This document shows, in pieces, positions 13,970 to 27,742 of a stretch of 64,000 bases of DNA. Position numbers and translations under genes: made by a program. How positions within the stretch are numbered: the first letter of the stretch is position 1; each line of letters begins with the position of its first letter. The notes under the pieces are model-generated. The model had not been told where the DNA came from. It saw only the letters and a program-made list of their open reading frames with translations, and made no database searches. This stretch comes from Podarcis cretensis (lineage: Eukaryota), in assembly GCA_951804945.1 (NCBI GenBank), contig OX638157.1:33914001-33978000 (forward strand). Direction: 5' to 3'.

Positions 13970-16034
13970 TCAGTCCCCGCTACCTATAATTAAATAAGAA
14001 AAAATAGCTGCATGCTGTACATTTATCAAATACTTAGTTTGAACCCTATGCTATGCCAATGGTGTGTAACAGACAGAGCCATGTAGGTGCCTTGAATGCT
14101 AGAAAACTTGAGTATAGGTGATGGCAAGGAGTATTGGTTATATGGATAGCTCACATGCTCAGAGGAACATAGGATGCTACCTTGGACCAACTATCTCAGT
14201 ACTGACAGTGGCTCTCAAACAGGAGTCTTTTCCACTAGAGATGTCAGGAGATCTGTTACCTTTTGCTTACAAAAGCATGTGTTTCACGACTGAACTGCAG
14301 AATATTAATTCTCAAAGTTGTTTTTTTCAAAACAAACAAACAAAACCAAAGCTTTTGATGAAGGAAATAATCTCACTAATGCACATTTAAAATGGCCTTA
14401 CAAAATGTTATATGCAGAGACATTAAAAATTCCCAAAGCAGCTAATAACAAAGTACACAGTTGTTGGCATCCATCTTTCACAGGAGACAATGAAAAAGTC
14501 AAACTATTGAGGAGTTACAGTGCCTTCTGTGGCTGTAGAGACTGATTGGGAGAGAGATGTTTTTTAGTACAGGTGGGGCAGAGGAAGGCATCCAGGTTTG
14601 CTACTAATGGTGCAAATGTCGTTTCTTCTCTCTGTGCTCCTCCCAACGGTTATTCCTTCTCTGGTACTAATCGACATAATGAGAAGACAGTACTAATCAA
14701 TATAATGGGGAGAAAAATCAATGTAAAATACCATGTAATATCAGAACCACAGTGAAAACAATAGAACAATCAAGTACAAGCAGATTAAAAAAAACACAAC
14801 AGATTGGAAGCTAGTTTAAAAAAAAACAAATTAATATTAAAATCCAGAGCTGCAGAACTGCTCAAAATTACTTTTTGTTAGAATGTTGAGGCAATGTAAG
14901 CCATATTTGGAGTATATTTTAAGACATGGCACCTTACCTTAACAGCTTATACTTCACATCCATTTTAAGAAGAAGAAACGAAATGTGGAAGGCATTGAAA
15001 ACTGTTAATATACTAATTCCAGCATGCCCACAGAACCGTATATGAAGTGTGTGTTTATGCTTCCTAGGGCTAGTTACCTAAAAACTCACATGCATTATTG
15101 ATTTATTAATACATTTTATGAAACAGTGCACATCCATCCACATCTACAGTGCACCTCAATATATGTGGGTAGATGGGGGGAGAGGCGGAGGAGAGTTCAC
15201 ATTCCAGTATGCATTAGCATTTATGAATACATTTAAACTGAAATGTGTCATAGCTTCTTCTTCAATACGCATACAATTCATGCCTTACCAGATGAAAACT
15301 AAGAATTTTCTTCGGTATTTAATATTTCAGTTCATCCAGGATCACAGCCTGAGAGGTTTTCCTATTGCATATTTCTAAAGGCTCTTCTTTGCCTTCTCTA
15401 TCTAGTATTTCTCTATGCTGCCAGTAACTCAGTGAACCAAGAATTTGAACTTATGTCTCTCCAGTCTTAAGTCTTACACTCTATCTGCTGCACAACAACA
15501 GATCTCATGGTTAGCGTGTATGCATATAGTCAGCTCTGATCTTGCGGTGTTTGACATCATGCAGCCATCCTTGATTCCTTTCTCGTTCCTTTCCTCATCA
15601 GGCTTCATTTTTCTGCTAATTTGCTTTGTGCTTTTGTGTGTTTCAGGGCTCCCCAAAAAACATATAAAACCATTTCTGCAAAGTGTGGCAACATGCCTAT
15701 TTTTAACTTCACCCTTGTCTTCAGAGCATGAGCCCCAAAGTGGAATTTCCTTCCTGCTCTTCATTTGAACTGTAGCAGGAAATGTACTGTTAAATAACTA
15801 GCATTGTGACAGTGCACATAGGGGTCACGGTAAGAAAAGGCTTCAAATGGCTCTTCACTGCTACATTTAGCTGCTTTTCAAACACTGAATAATGTTGCTA
15901 TAAGGACTGACATTGTATACGTATTCCAGCATCACCAGTTGTCAGCATATCTGTTTTTATTTTGGGAAAGTAGTCTTAAAGAGAATACATAATTTTTCAA
16001 GTGCTCAGCAGTCATCCATAGCCTGCAATGACAA

Positions 16035-16290
16035 GAACACAAGAACCTAAGACAAATCTGCTGAATGAGGCCAGTGGCCCACCTCGTCAAGCATCCTGTT
16101 CTAAATGTCTGTGGGAAGCCTATAAGCTGGACATGAGCACAACAGTTCTCTGCCCACCTGTAATTCCCAGCAGCTGATATTCAGGGGCATGCTGCCTCTG
16201 CCAGTGGAGGTAGAGTGTAGCCATTATGGCTAGGAGCCATTGATAGCCTTGTCCTCCTTGATTTTATCTAACCCTCTTTTACAACCATCC
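16035..16290 (-). mobile_element. CR1-type 3' end (related copy at ~36465-36660)
   Basis: Repeated AAGAAC tail and GGCCCA..CAAGCATCCTGTTCT motif typical of reptile CR1 3' UTRs. Confidence 0.6.
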
Positions 16291-17169
16291 ACGTTGATAG
16301 CATCCTACTTCCTTCCATTCTCCACTGCAGGCCCCCACCCCCTGGGTTGGGGTTCTGGGCGATCGAGAAAGTTACTCCAGTACACAAACAAGTTGAAGAG
16401 TAGATGCCACTCATCTGACTGTTCATCTTGGCATGCCCTAAAGTAAGACACCTAAAGTATATTTACAAAAAATCAGAAGAGATGTTTTGATGCATCTTGA
16501 GCCACATCATTTCATCGAGTGGTCTTCAAAAGGGAAACAGCTTCTCTGCCTGTGAAAGCCTGGACAGGTCTTTGGATTCTGGCCATTCATTTTTTATTTT
16601 GGAGACAAGTGAGTCTCTGCATCGCCTTCTTACAGGTATCTCGCCCTTCGTCATGGTATGCTTTACTTTCCCGAGAGAAATAAGTAGCTAGTATTATTTT
16701 ATTTTCCATTCCCACATCATAACACTAATGGGAGTCTGTTTGTCTGTGATGTTGGGGGTAGCTGATTTTAAAATCTATTTGGAAAGCAGGTACCCAATAG
16801 CAGAGGACATCATGCTGGGAAACAGTAATGTACTGGGCCATTGATTGCTTGGTGCTTTAGTTGTAAAGCACATAATGACTAATGCTGAGGTTTCTGTTTG
16901 GATGGAAATGGTATCAACAGACAGAGGCAGCACTACCTTTAGGCAAAGGTCACATCCACATCATACGTTTAAATCACTCTTGTACCACTCTAACAGTTAC
17001 GGATTTCCCCAAGGGACCCTAGGAACTCTAGTTAGATAATGGAGAGGTTCTGATGGTGTGAATGTTACCATAGTGAGGCTACTGTCTCAGGCAGTTGTTT
17101 TCTTGCGACATGAAACACAGAAATTTGTTATTGATTGATTATTATATTGTTTCATTATTTTAATATTTC

Positions 17170-17330
17170 ACTTTATATTTATTTTTCCATTTATGAATCC
17201 TTTCTTCATGGAACCCAAGGTGGTGTACATGTTGCTCCCAGGAGGTCACCCACCCAGGCACTGACCAGACCCAGTCCTGCGTAGCTTCAGGAAGGTGTTA
17301 ACTTCAGGCAAGGTGCACCATGCCTTGGCA
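17170..17330 (-). mobile_element. 5S rRNA-derived SINE (SINE3-like) remnant; a second, weaker copy at ~34295-34350 (+)
   Basis: The reverse complement of 17234-17289 (GAAGCTACGCAGGACTGGGTCTGGTCAGTGCCTGGGTGGGTGACCTCCTGGGAGC) aligns with the 5S box A/IE/box C region and continues into a non-5S tail. Confidence 0.7.
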
Positions 17331-18399
17331 GTTTATGGTGTTTGCTGTCTCAACTGCCAAACTAACTTAGCTGGCTTGGGTACTTTGCTGTTTTCAGGTA
17401 CTGAAATGTAAGGTTAGGTTTTGCTTACAGTCTGGCCTTATTGCTGTAGCTAAGAGCGATCATCTGTAGTCCCAAAATTAGGTATTGGATATTTCCCTGT
17501 CCAAATGGTACTAGCAAACAAAGTGAGTCTGTTTAGGACAGACTGTTTACTAAACTGCAAGGAAACAATAGACACAGATTTAGTAGTAGATTTCATAATG
17601 CTGTGCTTCTGAGTAGCACTGTTAACAGCTAGATGGAAAAAAGAACTGGTGTTTGATTGGCGCAGAATGACTTTTTAAGTGTCTTCTTGTGTTTTGAGAC
17701 TTCATGACTTTATTTATTTGTTTCTTAAATGTATATCCTGCTTCCCCACCAAATGATGTTGAAAGTATTTGCTTGAATAAATCCTGGAACATACTTGGAG
17801 GTTGTTTCCTTTAGATTTCCTGATCTGGTTCAAAAACTAGGATGCTACACATTTCAGTAATAGATTGGTGGCTAGTCCTCTGTTGAGATGGCTTGCGAAT
17901 AATGGCCTAATGAGTTTTCCATTCCTAGAAAGGTTTTATGAGTCAGTGCTGTTGTAGACGCATGTATTTCTTGACACTTTCAAATAAATGACCTCCTTTG
18001 ATATGAGAGCTCCTTTGATATGTCAGAGTACCAGGGAATAGCCTGAGCAATCTCCTTTTAATTAACACCTTTTTGACCTCATTTGCTAGCTCCCCACAAG
18101 GTGCCAAGAGTTCCTTTCTGGCCACATGGTGCTCATCTAATTGGTTGAGCCCACCTGTTTGCCACTCAAGCTAAACATCTCAAAGATGGAATATGATCCC
18201 CCTATTCCTTTTCACCTCTTTTGACCATCCAGGGGTTCCTGTCTGCTGAATCTATGCAGAGAAGAGATGGTGGCAGAAATCTCTTAAAAGGATAGATGTT
18301 CAAAACTAGCCTACCCTATATGGTACCTGTAAGCACAGCTTTGGTATAGACTCTTCTTTCATCTTGCAAAATAACGTGTTTCTCCTAGCTAGGATTCAT

Positions 18400-19320
18400 G
18401 CATCTAATTCTAAACAATTGCCAGGATTTTGTCATAGTCTTCCATTGATGTGCCATGTATTAGGATCCCATCCGTGGGGCAATTGCTCCTTTTAAATCTC
18501 TTAAGGAGTTTTGCCACCTTTCTTTGAAAATTTTTGGAAGCGTTTGTTGTTCCAAATGGCAAGCCTTCAAAAAGAGTGTGATGAATGTAATCAATTTAGC
18601 ACTCTTGTTTGTCAAAAGTATTTGCCAGAAATCACTTGAGGTATCCAAATTGACAAATATTTTTATTCCTGTCACTTTTGGGAAAGATACTAGTGTTGGA
18701 AGTACATATTTTTTTATTAGAGTGCGTCTTCATTCAGCTTTTAAAGATCAATACAGATCTTCTTCTTTTTTCCACCTCTCCCCCGATGACTAGGAACTTT
18801 GGTGCACACCACAAGGTAGGCTTGATTTCCTTAATTATCCCATGTTCCTCCATCCTTTCCAGGTCCATTTCCACCTTGTGGAGTAAGGGAATGAGTGTTC
18901 TGCAGGCTGTTTGCATGCTGTATGGTTTGCTGTCAGGTCTTAAAACGTCCATAGGATTTCTTTTTATTAGACCAGGGTGTCCAAACCCTCCTTAAGTTTA
19001 TCCCACTGTTTTGCGCAGTCCCATTCTGCCATTGCTCCACATTTGAGGAGATTATCCAAGTTTTGACTTCATAGCACTTACATAGTATACACAAGCTGCT
19101 CTTCTATGCAGTTTGTTTGTATGTTAAAGCATCCAAGACAATTTAGAATATTCTCTTGTCTCTATAAAACAATCCCTGCCATATGCAGATCTCAGGAGAT
19201 CCTTTGTATGTCTCTTTTGAAATATCTGTGACATCAGCTCCTGAATCTTTTTTTAAAAAATAGAAATCAGTTGTCCTAGAAATCTATTCTATAGAGACCA
19301 CCACTGGCATTCAAGAAAAT
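18400..19320 (-). pseudogene. Decayed Ty3/Gypsy pol (protease + RT N-half)
   Basis: Protease motif DSGADVTDISKETY at ~19206-19247; RT N-terminus IPLLHKVEMDLERMEEHGIIKEIKPTLWCAP; KIFVNLDTSSDFWQILLTNKSAKLITFIT (cf. KLDANSGFWQIPL..SAKLTTFITP); many stops and frameshifts. Confidence 0.85.
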
Positions 19321-21809
19321 TTGGCTGTCCGCTTGCATCATGTAGGTCAATAGCTCAGTGATAGAACATGCTTCCTAGATTCAGTCTCCAGGTACAACTG
19401 GGAGTGACTCTTGCCTGAAATCCTAGAGTCACTGCTGGTCAGTGTAGACAATATTGAACTAAATGAACCAATGATCTGCCTCACTGTAAGGCAGCTTCTG
19501 GTGTTCCTAACACATGATAGCAAAATGTCTTTTTTTGGAACATTTGGAACTGTGCTCCTTTAGCTGACAAAATTCCTCTATTGTTATAAACATTTCCACA
19601 TTTTTGCATGCTCTCTTAAAGGGTGGTCTTGTCTTGTCTTGTTGTGTCTGGCTACAGAATGCTTTTAAAATGGCTGGACTGCTTTCCTTTGTGCTGCTTT
19701 TGAAGAGAAATGAAGAGTGAATTTGTGGAATGGCTGCTGCTTCTAGTGTTTTGTGAAGTAGAGGTTACGTCTTCCAAGTTACATCACTCACTCTCTATCT
19801 TTGCCCTGATCTGTTTTGGGATGGGATCTGGAGTGCATTGGATTCTGACAGATCCTGAACCAAAGTGGGCTATTTAAGACAGTTCTGGGACTTATTTGAA
19901 CTGAAGCAAGATCTCTCCTAGGTGCCATGAACTGAAGTGGGGGCCTCCATAATGCTGTGTGATGCTTTAAAAGCTCAGGTGTTAAAAAAACACACAACAC
20001 TACAGACAGCGTGTCTTCCAAAAATGAAATGTTTCTCCCCAAGTTTGCCATATAAGGAAAATGCCAGAAAGAGAGAGCCCCTTGTGTGACCAGCAGATCT
20101 GCCTTTCCAGAGGACATTATGGCCCCACTTTAAATGGACATTGGCTATGGGATATGGGGGTTTTGCCATTTGTTGCAAAATCCTTAGGGTTTCAATACAC
20201 TGAGATTTCTTCAAAAGTCCTTCCCCTGGATTCACAATTGAATATGCTTCTCCCTAGCCTGGGTACAAGTCCCCTAGGACTCCTGAATGTACAAAGGAGC
20301 TTAACTTTTCCTTTTACCATTGTACATTTTCAACATTTTCAAAAAAGAAATGTGCTCTTTATTTGATCTTAAATATGGTTTGAAGCAGCCTTTCTCTGCT
20401 GCTTGTCGGCTGCTGGCTCCGCACAAGTAGCAAGTTGTCTGCTTCAGTGTTTGGAAGAGATGGTTGCAATGTTCTTTCCTGCTAGTATCAGCCAGGAGCC
20501 CCCAAAGGATGACCCAAATACTCCATCACTGCACTGTCAGATCTGAACAGGAATAAATACTTAATTGTGAGTCATAGACTCCCTTGAGCTGCAGCAGCTG
20601 ATTTTTGTACATGCTGTGCTTAGAACATGGGCTGTATGAAAACTCTACAAAGGCAGGAAGAATCTTCTGCCTTTCCCTGATCTAACTTACTGAGATGAGG
20701 ACAACCACAAGCTGCCATTTACCATAAGCTGGGCTGCATTTTTCTCTTGCCAATTTCCATCAAATAATCCCTATGGCTATTTTTCCAGACATTTAAATGT
20801 CTATTTGTGAAGCATCACAGCTCCGGACCACAGGTTGTGAACAAGCTGCATGCAGGACCTGCTAAATCTGATTTGTTTAACAACATTAAATGAGAGTTTC
20901 CTGATTCAGATGCAATGGGTGACTCTGGTCCAAAGCAAGCTAGGATTTCTGTATCAAAGAAAGTGAGGAATATACTGCCATGGCATGTGGTCATGCATCA
21001 TAAACCGTGGTTTATGGAGCCATGGCCAAACATCTGAACAGCTACTATGTTCAATGAAGCTTACATCCAGTAAGTACCTAGGGATGGAGCTTTAATCTGG
21101 CAGATCACTATATACAAGCATTTAAATAAAAAGTAGGGTTCCCCATTTCTTTGTTGATAATGGGATTCATTAGTTTTCTCCTATCCATATTGTCATTGCC
21201 TTTTTACAGACTCTCACATACATAGAAATAAATGCATACATTGTTATAAATACATTTGCTTTTTGGTGGTTGCTGTATTATATTACATCCTGTCCTCTCT
21301 GTGTAGCTCTTAAAATCCATCTCCTTTTGGGATAGAAACTGCTTTATATACCATACTGTGATTTGTGCCTTTAAAATATCCGAACTCTTCTTGGAATAAA
21401 TGTGTTAAGGTAGAAAACCCCTGAACAGATTTAAAAAGCCTTTTCTCCTCCTGCTTCTTCTGTGTAACTGATTGTTAATCCCTTGTCCCCCTAGACACAT
21501 ATTACAGGACCTAGTTTGTTGTGCAAATATGGTAGCAATTTTATTTAACTTTGCTAATGATTTAATAATAAGAAATGAAGCAAAAAAAGGCATCAGACTC
21601 AAGGGATAAACAGAAAGCTATCCTCTTGATTCTCTTTCGGTGAACCATAATGAGGATACTGTAAAAAGCTTCAATATAGTGTGAGCTAGAATTCTTTATT
21701 TTTGATGCGAACTCTTGTAATAACCGTTATGCTTTCCGCCTCTCTAGGCCTTGCCATTTGTGGATCTCAAAGTGGATTATAAAAGAATAGTGATTTAAGG
21801 CCAGCAGAT

Positions 21810-22030
21810 CCTCTGTGAGATAGGTAAGCATTATTATTCTCATTTTACAGATGGGGGAATCATGGACAGAGAGGTTTAGTGATGATTTCCTCCCCCAATC
21901 TCAAGACAAAGCCAGAAATAGCTCAGATATATTGTCTTCATATCTCCTGCTTTAACCACATGGCAATCCTTCTTTCCACATAACCTCTCTGACTCTATTT
22001 CCCCAACTGTAAAGTAAGGATAATAATACA
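21810..22030. mobile_element. Two inverted MIR/CORE-SINE core fragments
   Basis: ATTATTCTCATTTTACAGATGGGGGAA (~21833-21859) and, in the opposite orientation, TTTCCCCAACTGTAAAGTAAGGATAATAAT (~21998-22027). Confidence 0.6.
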
Positions 22031-24352
22031 GATTCAGACAGATATTTGTGCAGGCACATTTCTTTGCCTGCTGGAAAGTGAGACATTTAGGTCTGACCCC
22101 ACCTTTGAGGCTGGTCATATTCTTCCACTTGAAGTTTGGAGTGGAAAAAAGCTCTCTTAAATTTTGTGGAAAGGAATTAATTCAGCAGGATATTGGCTAA
22201 CTTTCGTTGTATGGTGAATTAAGAGTTTTGAAAACGGCAGAATTATTTTTTTATGAGGTGATTTAGAAACGGTCAGATAGAGGCATCGTTGTACTCTGAA
22301 CTGCTGAATTTCCAAAACTGGAAGAATTTAAATACAAGTGTTTGTTTGTTTTTTTAATATAAATAACGGTTCAGTATCATCCCATTGATGGCCAAAATAC
22401 TGAAGCAGTGAAGGAGTTTACAACAGATGAACATGCATCATATTTATATATATATAAATTTAGGCAGTTAAATTTAGGCAGTTTAATCAAGATTCCAAAG
22501 AGCATTTTTACTTATATGGAAGCCACAGGCAAACAGAGAGTCCTCAGAGACCAAGCAAAAAGGAAAATAAAATCCCAGCAGAAGTGTGTTATTACTCGAG
22601 GAAAAAAAATCAATATTGATTAGACTGAAAAGGGACTTTTCTTACAACAGCTTATGTCTAAGAATCTCTTCTCCATGAATCCCCAAGATCTGCAGGGGTG
22701 GTGGTGTTTGTTATGATGGTTATGATGATAAAGGTAAATCAAAATCCTTAGATGAATGCCAGTTTATTCCCATTGGTCTAAATGGATTTAAATGTGCATA
22801 CTTCAACTCCATTTCTTGTGTGAATCTCTCTACGCATCCTTCATTGGTTTAGTAAAACCAAATTGCTTTTTGTGCCTGTGTATGGCTCTGTCTGCCAAAA
22901 TACTCCAGTATTTAGCAGTTGTTGCCTATGTATACATGCAGCAACTAAATGAATGGTAAACATCATGTTTCCTGGAACCCAGTTGGTTTTGAGATAGTGA
23001 TAATATTCAAAATGCATACCATTGACATCTGTTTCTTGCAATTGTAAGGAAATACTGGTTAATTGTTTTATTGTGATTTGACATTCTCAAACTATTTGTA
23101 ATAATATTTCTTTTTCAAAGATTTTTGTGCAGATGCTTACATATATACGGTAATCATTCATTAACTGATGAAAAGCAAAGTGATATATTGAACACACTAA
23201 GTATTACATTTCATGTGGTTGTAGTTAGCAATGTGCAAGCTTCCCCAGACTTAGTTCAATCTGGATTTCACTAAAACACCTTAATTTGGACTTCATTACC
23301 ATCAGGACCCAGGAAGTTCTCTGCCACTAACCCCTACCCAGACAGCCTTTGCTCTTGTCTCTTCCATTTCCAAACCAAACCTGCACAGTATTGCAGGATG
23401 GGTGTGCAGACGTGGCCAGGTGCATTCATTACACTTCTGCTAAAGATACAGAGGCAATTACATCCCCCTTGCTTCCTGGTGGCTGTAGGTGCATTAGCCA
23501 TTAAGGCCAACATGGAGACTCAGATGCAATTCCTTCCCTGCATTATTTGGTAAGCTTGGTTAGAGAAAGAAATGGGCAGCAGTTATTGGCTTAAATGATG
23601 ACAGGCAAGCCCATTACGAGCTAAGTGCAAACTTCAGGTGTTGGTGGGGTATTGGCTTGGTCTGTTATTGGCATTAGATGTCCAAAACTGGGAGAACTGA
23701 TTCCCAACTCCCTTTCCCCATTTATGACCTTTTGGCAGCATCACTAATTGAAACTAACATTTCCCCCATATCTTACATTTACTTTTATTTGTTTTATTTA
23801 TTTAATTTGTATACCACCCTTCATCTGAATATCTCAGGGTGGTTCACAGCAAAAAAACATGCAAGATGAAAACACATGTGTAGCTTCTACTTGCCTTTAA
23901 CCAGATTTATACAGATACTGGTGATTCATGTAATTAATTAAGACCACATAAGTAATTAAGAACATTCATGTAATTAAGACCATATCATTTTACTCTGCCC
24001 CTACTACCAGGATGCTCGTGGAAAGATTATTGCCACATTGCTTAGAAGAGTGTCCAGAAGTTCTAATTTGGAATTGTCTAGATTACTTCTAGAAGATGGA
24101 AAACCAGAGATTACAATATTAGTCATAAAATTTTGCACGTCAGCCTATAAAATCAGTCACTCTTACCTACTGGATATATATAGACTTCCTATCTCTCTTT
24201 TAAATTATTAAGCCTTCAATTTTACTTACTTACCTTTTTGTTTTACTTTATTTTATCCCTATTGGTACTTGTAGTATTAAATAGAGTATGCTGGTTTTTA
24301 ACTAAATAATATTTTTTTTGTCTCTCTCTCTCTCTCTTTGATAATAAATCAG

Positions 24353-24390
24353 ATACTGTTTCACACTGTCAGGATTCACAGAGTTTCTGA
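24353..24390 (+). CDS. Candidate terminal coding exon of an unidentified host gene (phase 1: xTVSHCQDSQSF*)
   Basis: Long T/(CT)n tract (24312-24339) and a ~65-nt AG-free zone ending in CAG at 24350-52; stop TGA at 24388-90; followed by kilobases of 3'-UTR-like sequence. Frame and gene are not confirmed. Confidence 0.4.
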
Positions 24391-25083
24391 ATGTTTAGAG
24401 ATTCTCCCAGTTGTAGAGGAGCTGTTTATTTATAAGCAGCTCTTGCAGACTGGCAGAATGTTCAAATGCCCTAACCTTGTGGGCCGGGTTCAACTACATG
24501 AGACTTTCAGCCCGTCTCTTCTTCCATGGTACCAATTTTCATTGGAAAGACCCATACAATCAGGCCCCATCCATATGGTCAGGCTGGTTTCCAGAAGCTT
24601 TTTAATCATTCTCTGAACCATACAGAACTCCACCCCCATCTCTTCAAGTGATACTGACCCTGCTGTTTGTCCACATGATCATTTTAACATTATCTTCATC
24701 CCATGATGTCAAGGGAGTGTTCTTGTTGGGATTATTGTCTGTCTTCCAACTCTACGCAAGCATTGTTTTATAACAGGGATAGAGAACCTATAACTGCCAT
24801 CAGCTCCAGTCTGCATGCCCAGTGCTCAGGGATGATGTGACTTCAGCAATATTTGTAGAGTCACAGTCTTCACCCTTGGATTACATGCTAACTTTGTTAA
24901 ATTCCAGAGGATTAAGTGAGTTCAGGAATTGTTGTCCCAGGATCTGATCAAGTAGGCCTACAGTCTGTTAGTTTAATAACTGCATACTCTAATGAGTGTT
25001 TAAATTGGTTTTTAATTGATAGTGCCCTCTGGAAAGGGATATTCAGCATTGTCATGACACTGCTGTAATGAAATTGTGTGAAT

Positions 25084-25102
25084 AGAGAGATGATAGATAG
25101 AT

Positions 25103-25137
<35 letters not shown>

Positions 25138-25146
25138 GATAGAGAT
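25084..25146 (+). repeat. (GATA)n microsatellite
   Basis: Direct reading. Confidence 0.95.
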
Positions 25147-25958
25147 AAAGCTTGATTTGGTCAGTGCTTTATAAGTGGCTTCCCCAACAGCAAATAGTTG
25201 TCCAGTTTGCACATAACAATAAAAAAAAACCATAACTTAGCACAAGTGAGTCTTCCAGAAAGAAGATCAAACCGTGTTGCTCTTACTCTTGTCCTGCTGC
25301 CACTGTGCTTCCATAAACTAAACCATCCCATCCAAACCCAAGATCATGGTTTGTCTCCCCAAGACAAATTAAGAGAGGTAAGCCATAAAACAAACCTTGG
25401 TTACAGCTTGTGGTTTGTTTGGAATGAGGCTTCACAATGACTTAGCTTTACAGCAGCAGCTGAACTAGATGAGGATAAAAGTGGCCACAAGGAAAGTTGT
25501 ACAGAGACTGGATCAAAGCCTCTGTGCTATTCATTTGTGAGGGCCTCTTGGTTGTTTTTTTTTTTTTTTTTAATCTTAAAAGCAGCCAGGGTGGTAAATC
25601 AGTTCAGGGGTGCAGTTTCCAGTGAGATAGCTGTTAATGTGTTGCAACATAAACAACAGGGTCTTGCGGTACTTTAAAAACTGCCAAATTAATTACAGCA
25701 CAAGTTTTCATGAAGTAGAGTCCACTTCATCAGACAAGGTGAATGGTAATCCTTAAATGCTTATGCCATAATTACTACCAGTCTGTGACACGGCAGAAGA
25801 GACTTCGTTGTTCAGGGCTACATCGGCTTTTAGAACTTGTGTTGTTTTCCCAATATAATGCCCCCTACAAGCTGCCAATTTCCCCAATGGGGAAAAGACA
25901 TGGAACCTGTTACGTGTCATTCCAGGGGGCACAATATGAGCTTTAGGAAGCAAACATC

Positions 25959-26330
25959 GAGGGACGCAGGTGGCGCTGTGGTCTAAACCACAGAGCCTAG
26001 AGCTTGCCGATCAGAAAGTTGGCAGTTTGAATCCCCATGACGGGGTGAGCTCCCATTGTTTGGTCCCAGCTCCTGCCCACCTAGCAGTTAGAAAGCACAT
26101 CAAAGTGTAAGTAGATAAATAGGTATCATTGCAGTGGGAAGGTAAACAGTGTTTCCGTGCACTGCTCTGGTTCGCCAGAAGCGGCTTAGAAATGCTGGCC
26201 ACATGACCCGGAAGCTGTTTGTGGACAAACGCCGGCTCCCTCGGCCTATAGAGCAAGCGAGATGAGCGCGCAACCCCAGAGTCGTCTGCAACTGGACCTA
26301 ATGGTCAGGGGTACCTTTACATTTACCTTT
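25959..26330 (+). mobile_element. Sauria SINE (Squam1), full length
   Basis: GGGACGCAGGTGGCGCTGTGGTCTAAACC head; (ACCTTT)n tail; 11-bp TSD AAGCAAACATC at 25948-58 and 26331-41. Confidence 0.93.
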
Positions 26331-27641
26331 AAGCAAACATCTGGAGGAATGGTTTCGCACCTCCAATTCCCAAAGCCCTGATTCTTTTTCTCCTGCATTG
26401 GTATTTTTAATAGTTTTTTTTTTTTAAAAAAAAAAATAGAGATCATGGATCTCCTCCTGTTTTATTTTGCTCAGATCAGATATTATGGGTTACATCCTTC
26501 CCTGGCTCTCCTCTTCTGGAGGGGGAAGGAATTTTTTTTTTTTTTGATATTTCCCTTCTCAGGCCCCTGCACTCATACCCCCAAAACCCTGCTACAAAGA
26601 CTGTAGACCAGAGACCAACTGGCACAGTGTGAGGTAGGATGGAGAAGAGGGAAATGAGTGAGGGGTTGGGGGACTACAACTGGACACAACAATAACATCC
26701 ACTGACAACTTGATTTATTGATGTCTCTGCTTCTGCAAATACATGATTTGCATATATTAATTCAGCTGTGGGTTATGAAAACACATTTTACTTTGATCCC
26801 AACACCTCCATCTCACAAACCACCTAAACAACAGATTCTCCATATGGCTTTGGCTACTGTGATGTCAACACTAGCTGTAGGATGTTGCAAAAAGTAACAC
26901 TTCAAGAAAATAGGCATTCTCTTTCTTTTTTAAAATGTAAGTAGAGCCACACTAAAGAGGAAACAGTATCTCAGTTCGCTTCATACTTTGTATTCCAATA
27001 CACAATGAACAGAGTCTACATTCAGTTTTCCAATTCTAGTAGCTTACCACATAGTACTGAAATCCAAACTGCAGTTTACAGTTCTGCAAGTTCAGTGGGG
27101 TCTTTTCTCTTTGTTTGAGCAACTGATCCTCACACCATATCACAAACTCCTTTTAAAACTCCCCTTACTTTCAAAACTTGCTACCATGTGGGATGGAGCA
27201 CTGTTGCTAATAGGGTTGTCCTCATAGAACTGATTTCATTGGATTCTAGGCAGTTAGTATCATCATGTATTTTGTTCATTTAAAATTCAATATAAAATGT
27301 TTAAACAATGCCTTTTTGAAAGCCTAATGGTGTCTCCACTACATCCAATCATGCTTTCCAAAATAGCCAGAAAGCTCCTGTTGAAGGAAGGGAATCTTCA
27401 TCCTATTGCTTTTCAGTGGAAGAGTTTCATTCTTTCACCTGCAGTCCATAAAGTATCAAGTTTATCAAGTGATAAACCTTGATAGAGCATCCTATATAAG
27501 TTTAAGAGTTTCCTGCTTTTCGTTGTTTATTTTAGTTTTTATTTGGATTGTGTTTATTGTTAGTTTACAATAGGATAACATCAAAATATATTGTAAGCCT
27601 TTTGGGGGAAAGGATGTATGTAAATTTGTTGCTTATTTTTA

Positions 27642-27742
27642 ATAAATAAAAATATGCATATATGTATTTTTTTATACTGCCTTTCAGTAAAAATAAATAA
27701 ATGCATATATGTAAATTTTTTATACTGCCCTTCAGTAAAAAA
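27642..27742 (+). repeat. Tandem duplication, 2 x ~48 bp
   Basis: ATGCATATATGTA...TATACTGCC..TCAGTAAAAA is repeated (TATACTGCC at 27673 and 27721). Confidence 0.85.

Noticed and set aside
16331-16442. Exon-like segment CTGCAG|...|GTAAGA
   Set aside because: Only one open frame with no recognisable protein; adjacent to a CR1 remnant.
21748-21823. Exon-like segment CTCTAG|...|GTAAGC
   Set aside because: Stops in all three frames, and the donor is part of a MIR/CORE remnant.
24353-24390. Assigning a gene symbol to the host gene
   Set aside because: The peptide is too short and I do not recognise it; a database search is needed.
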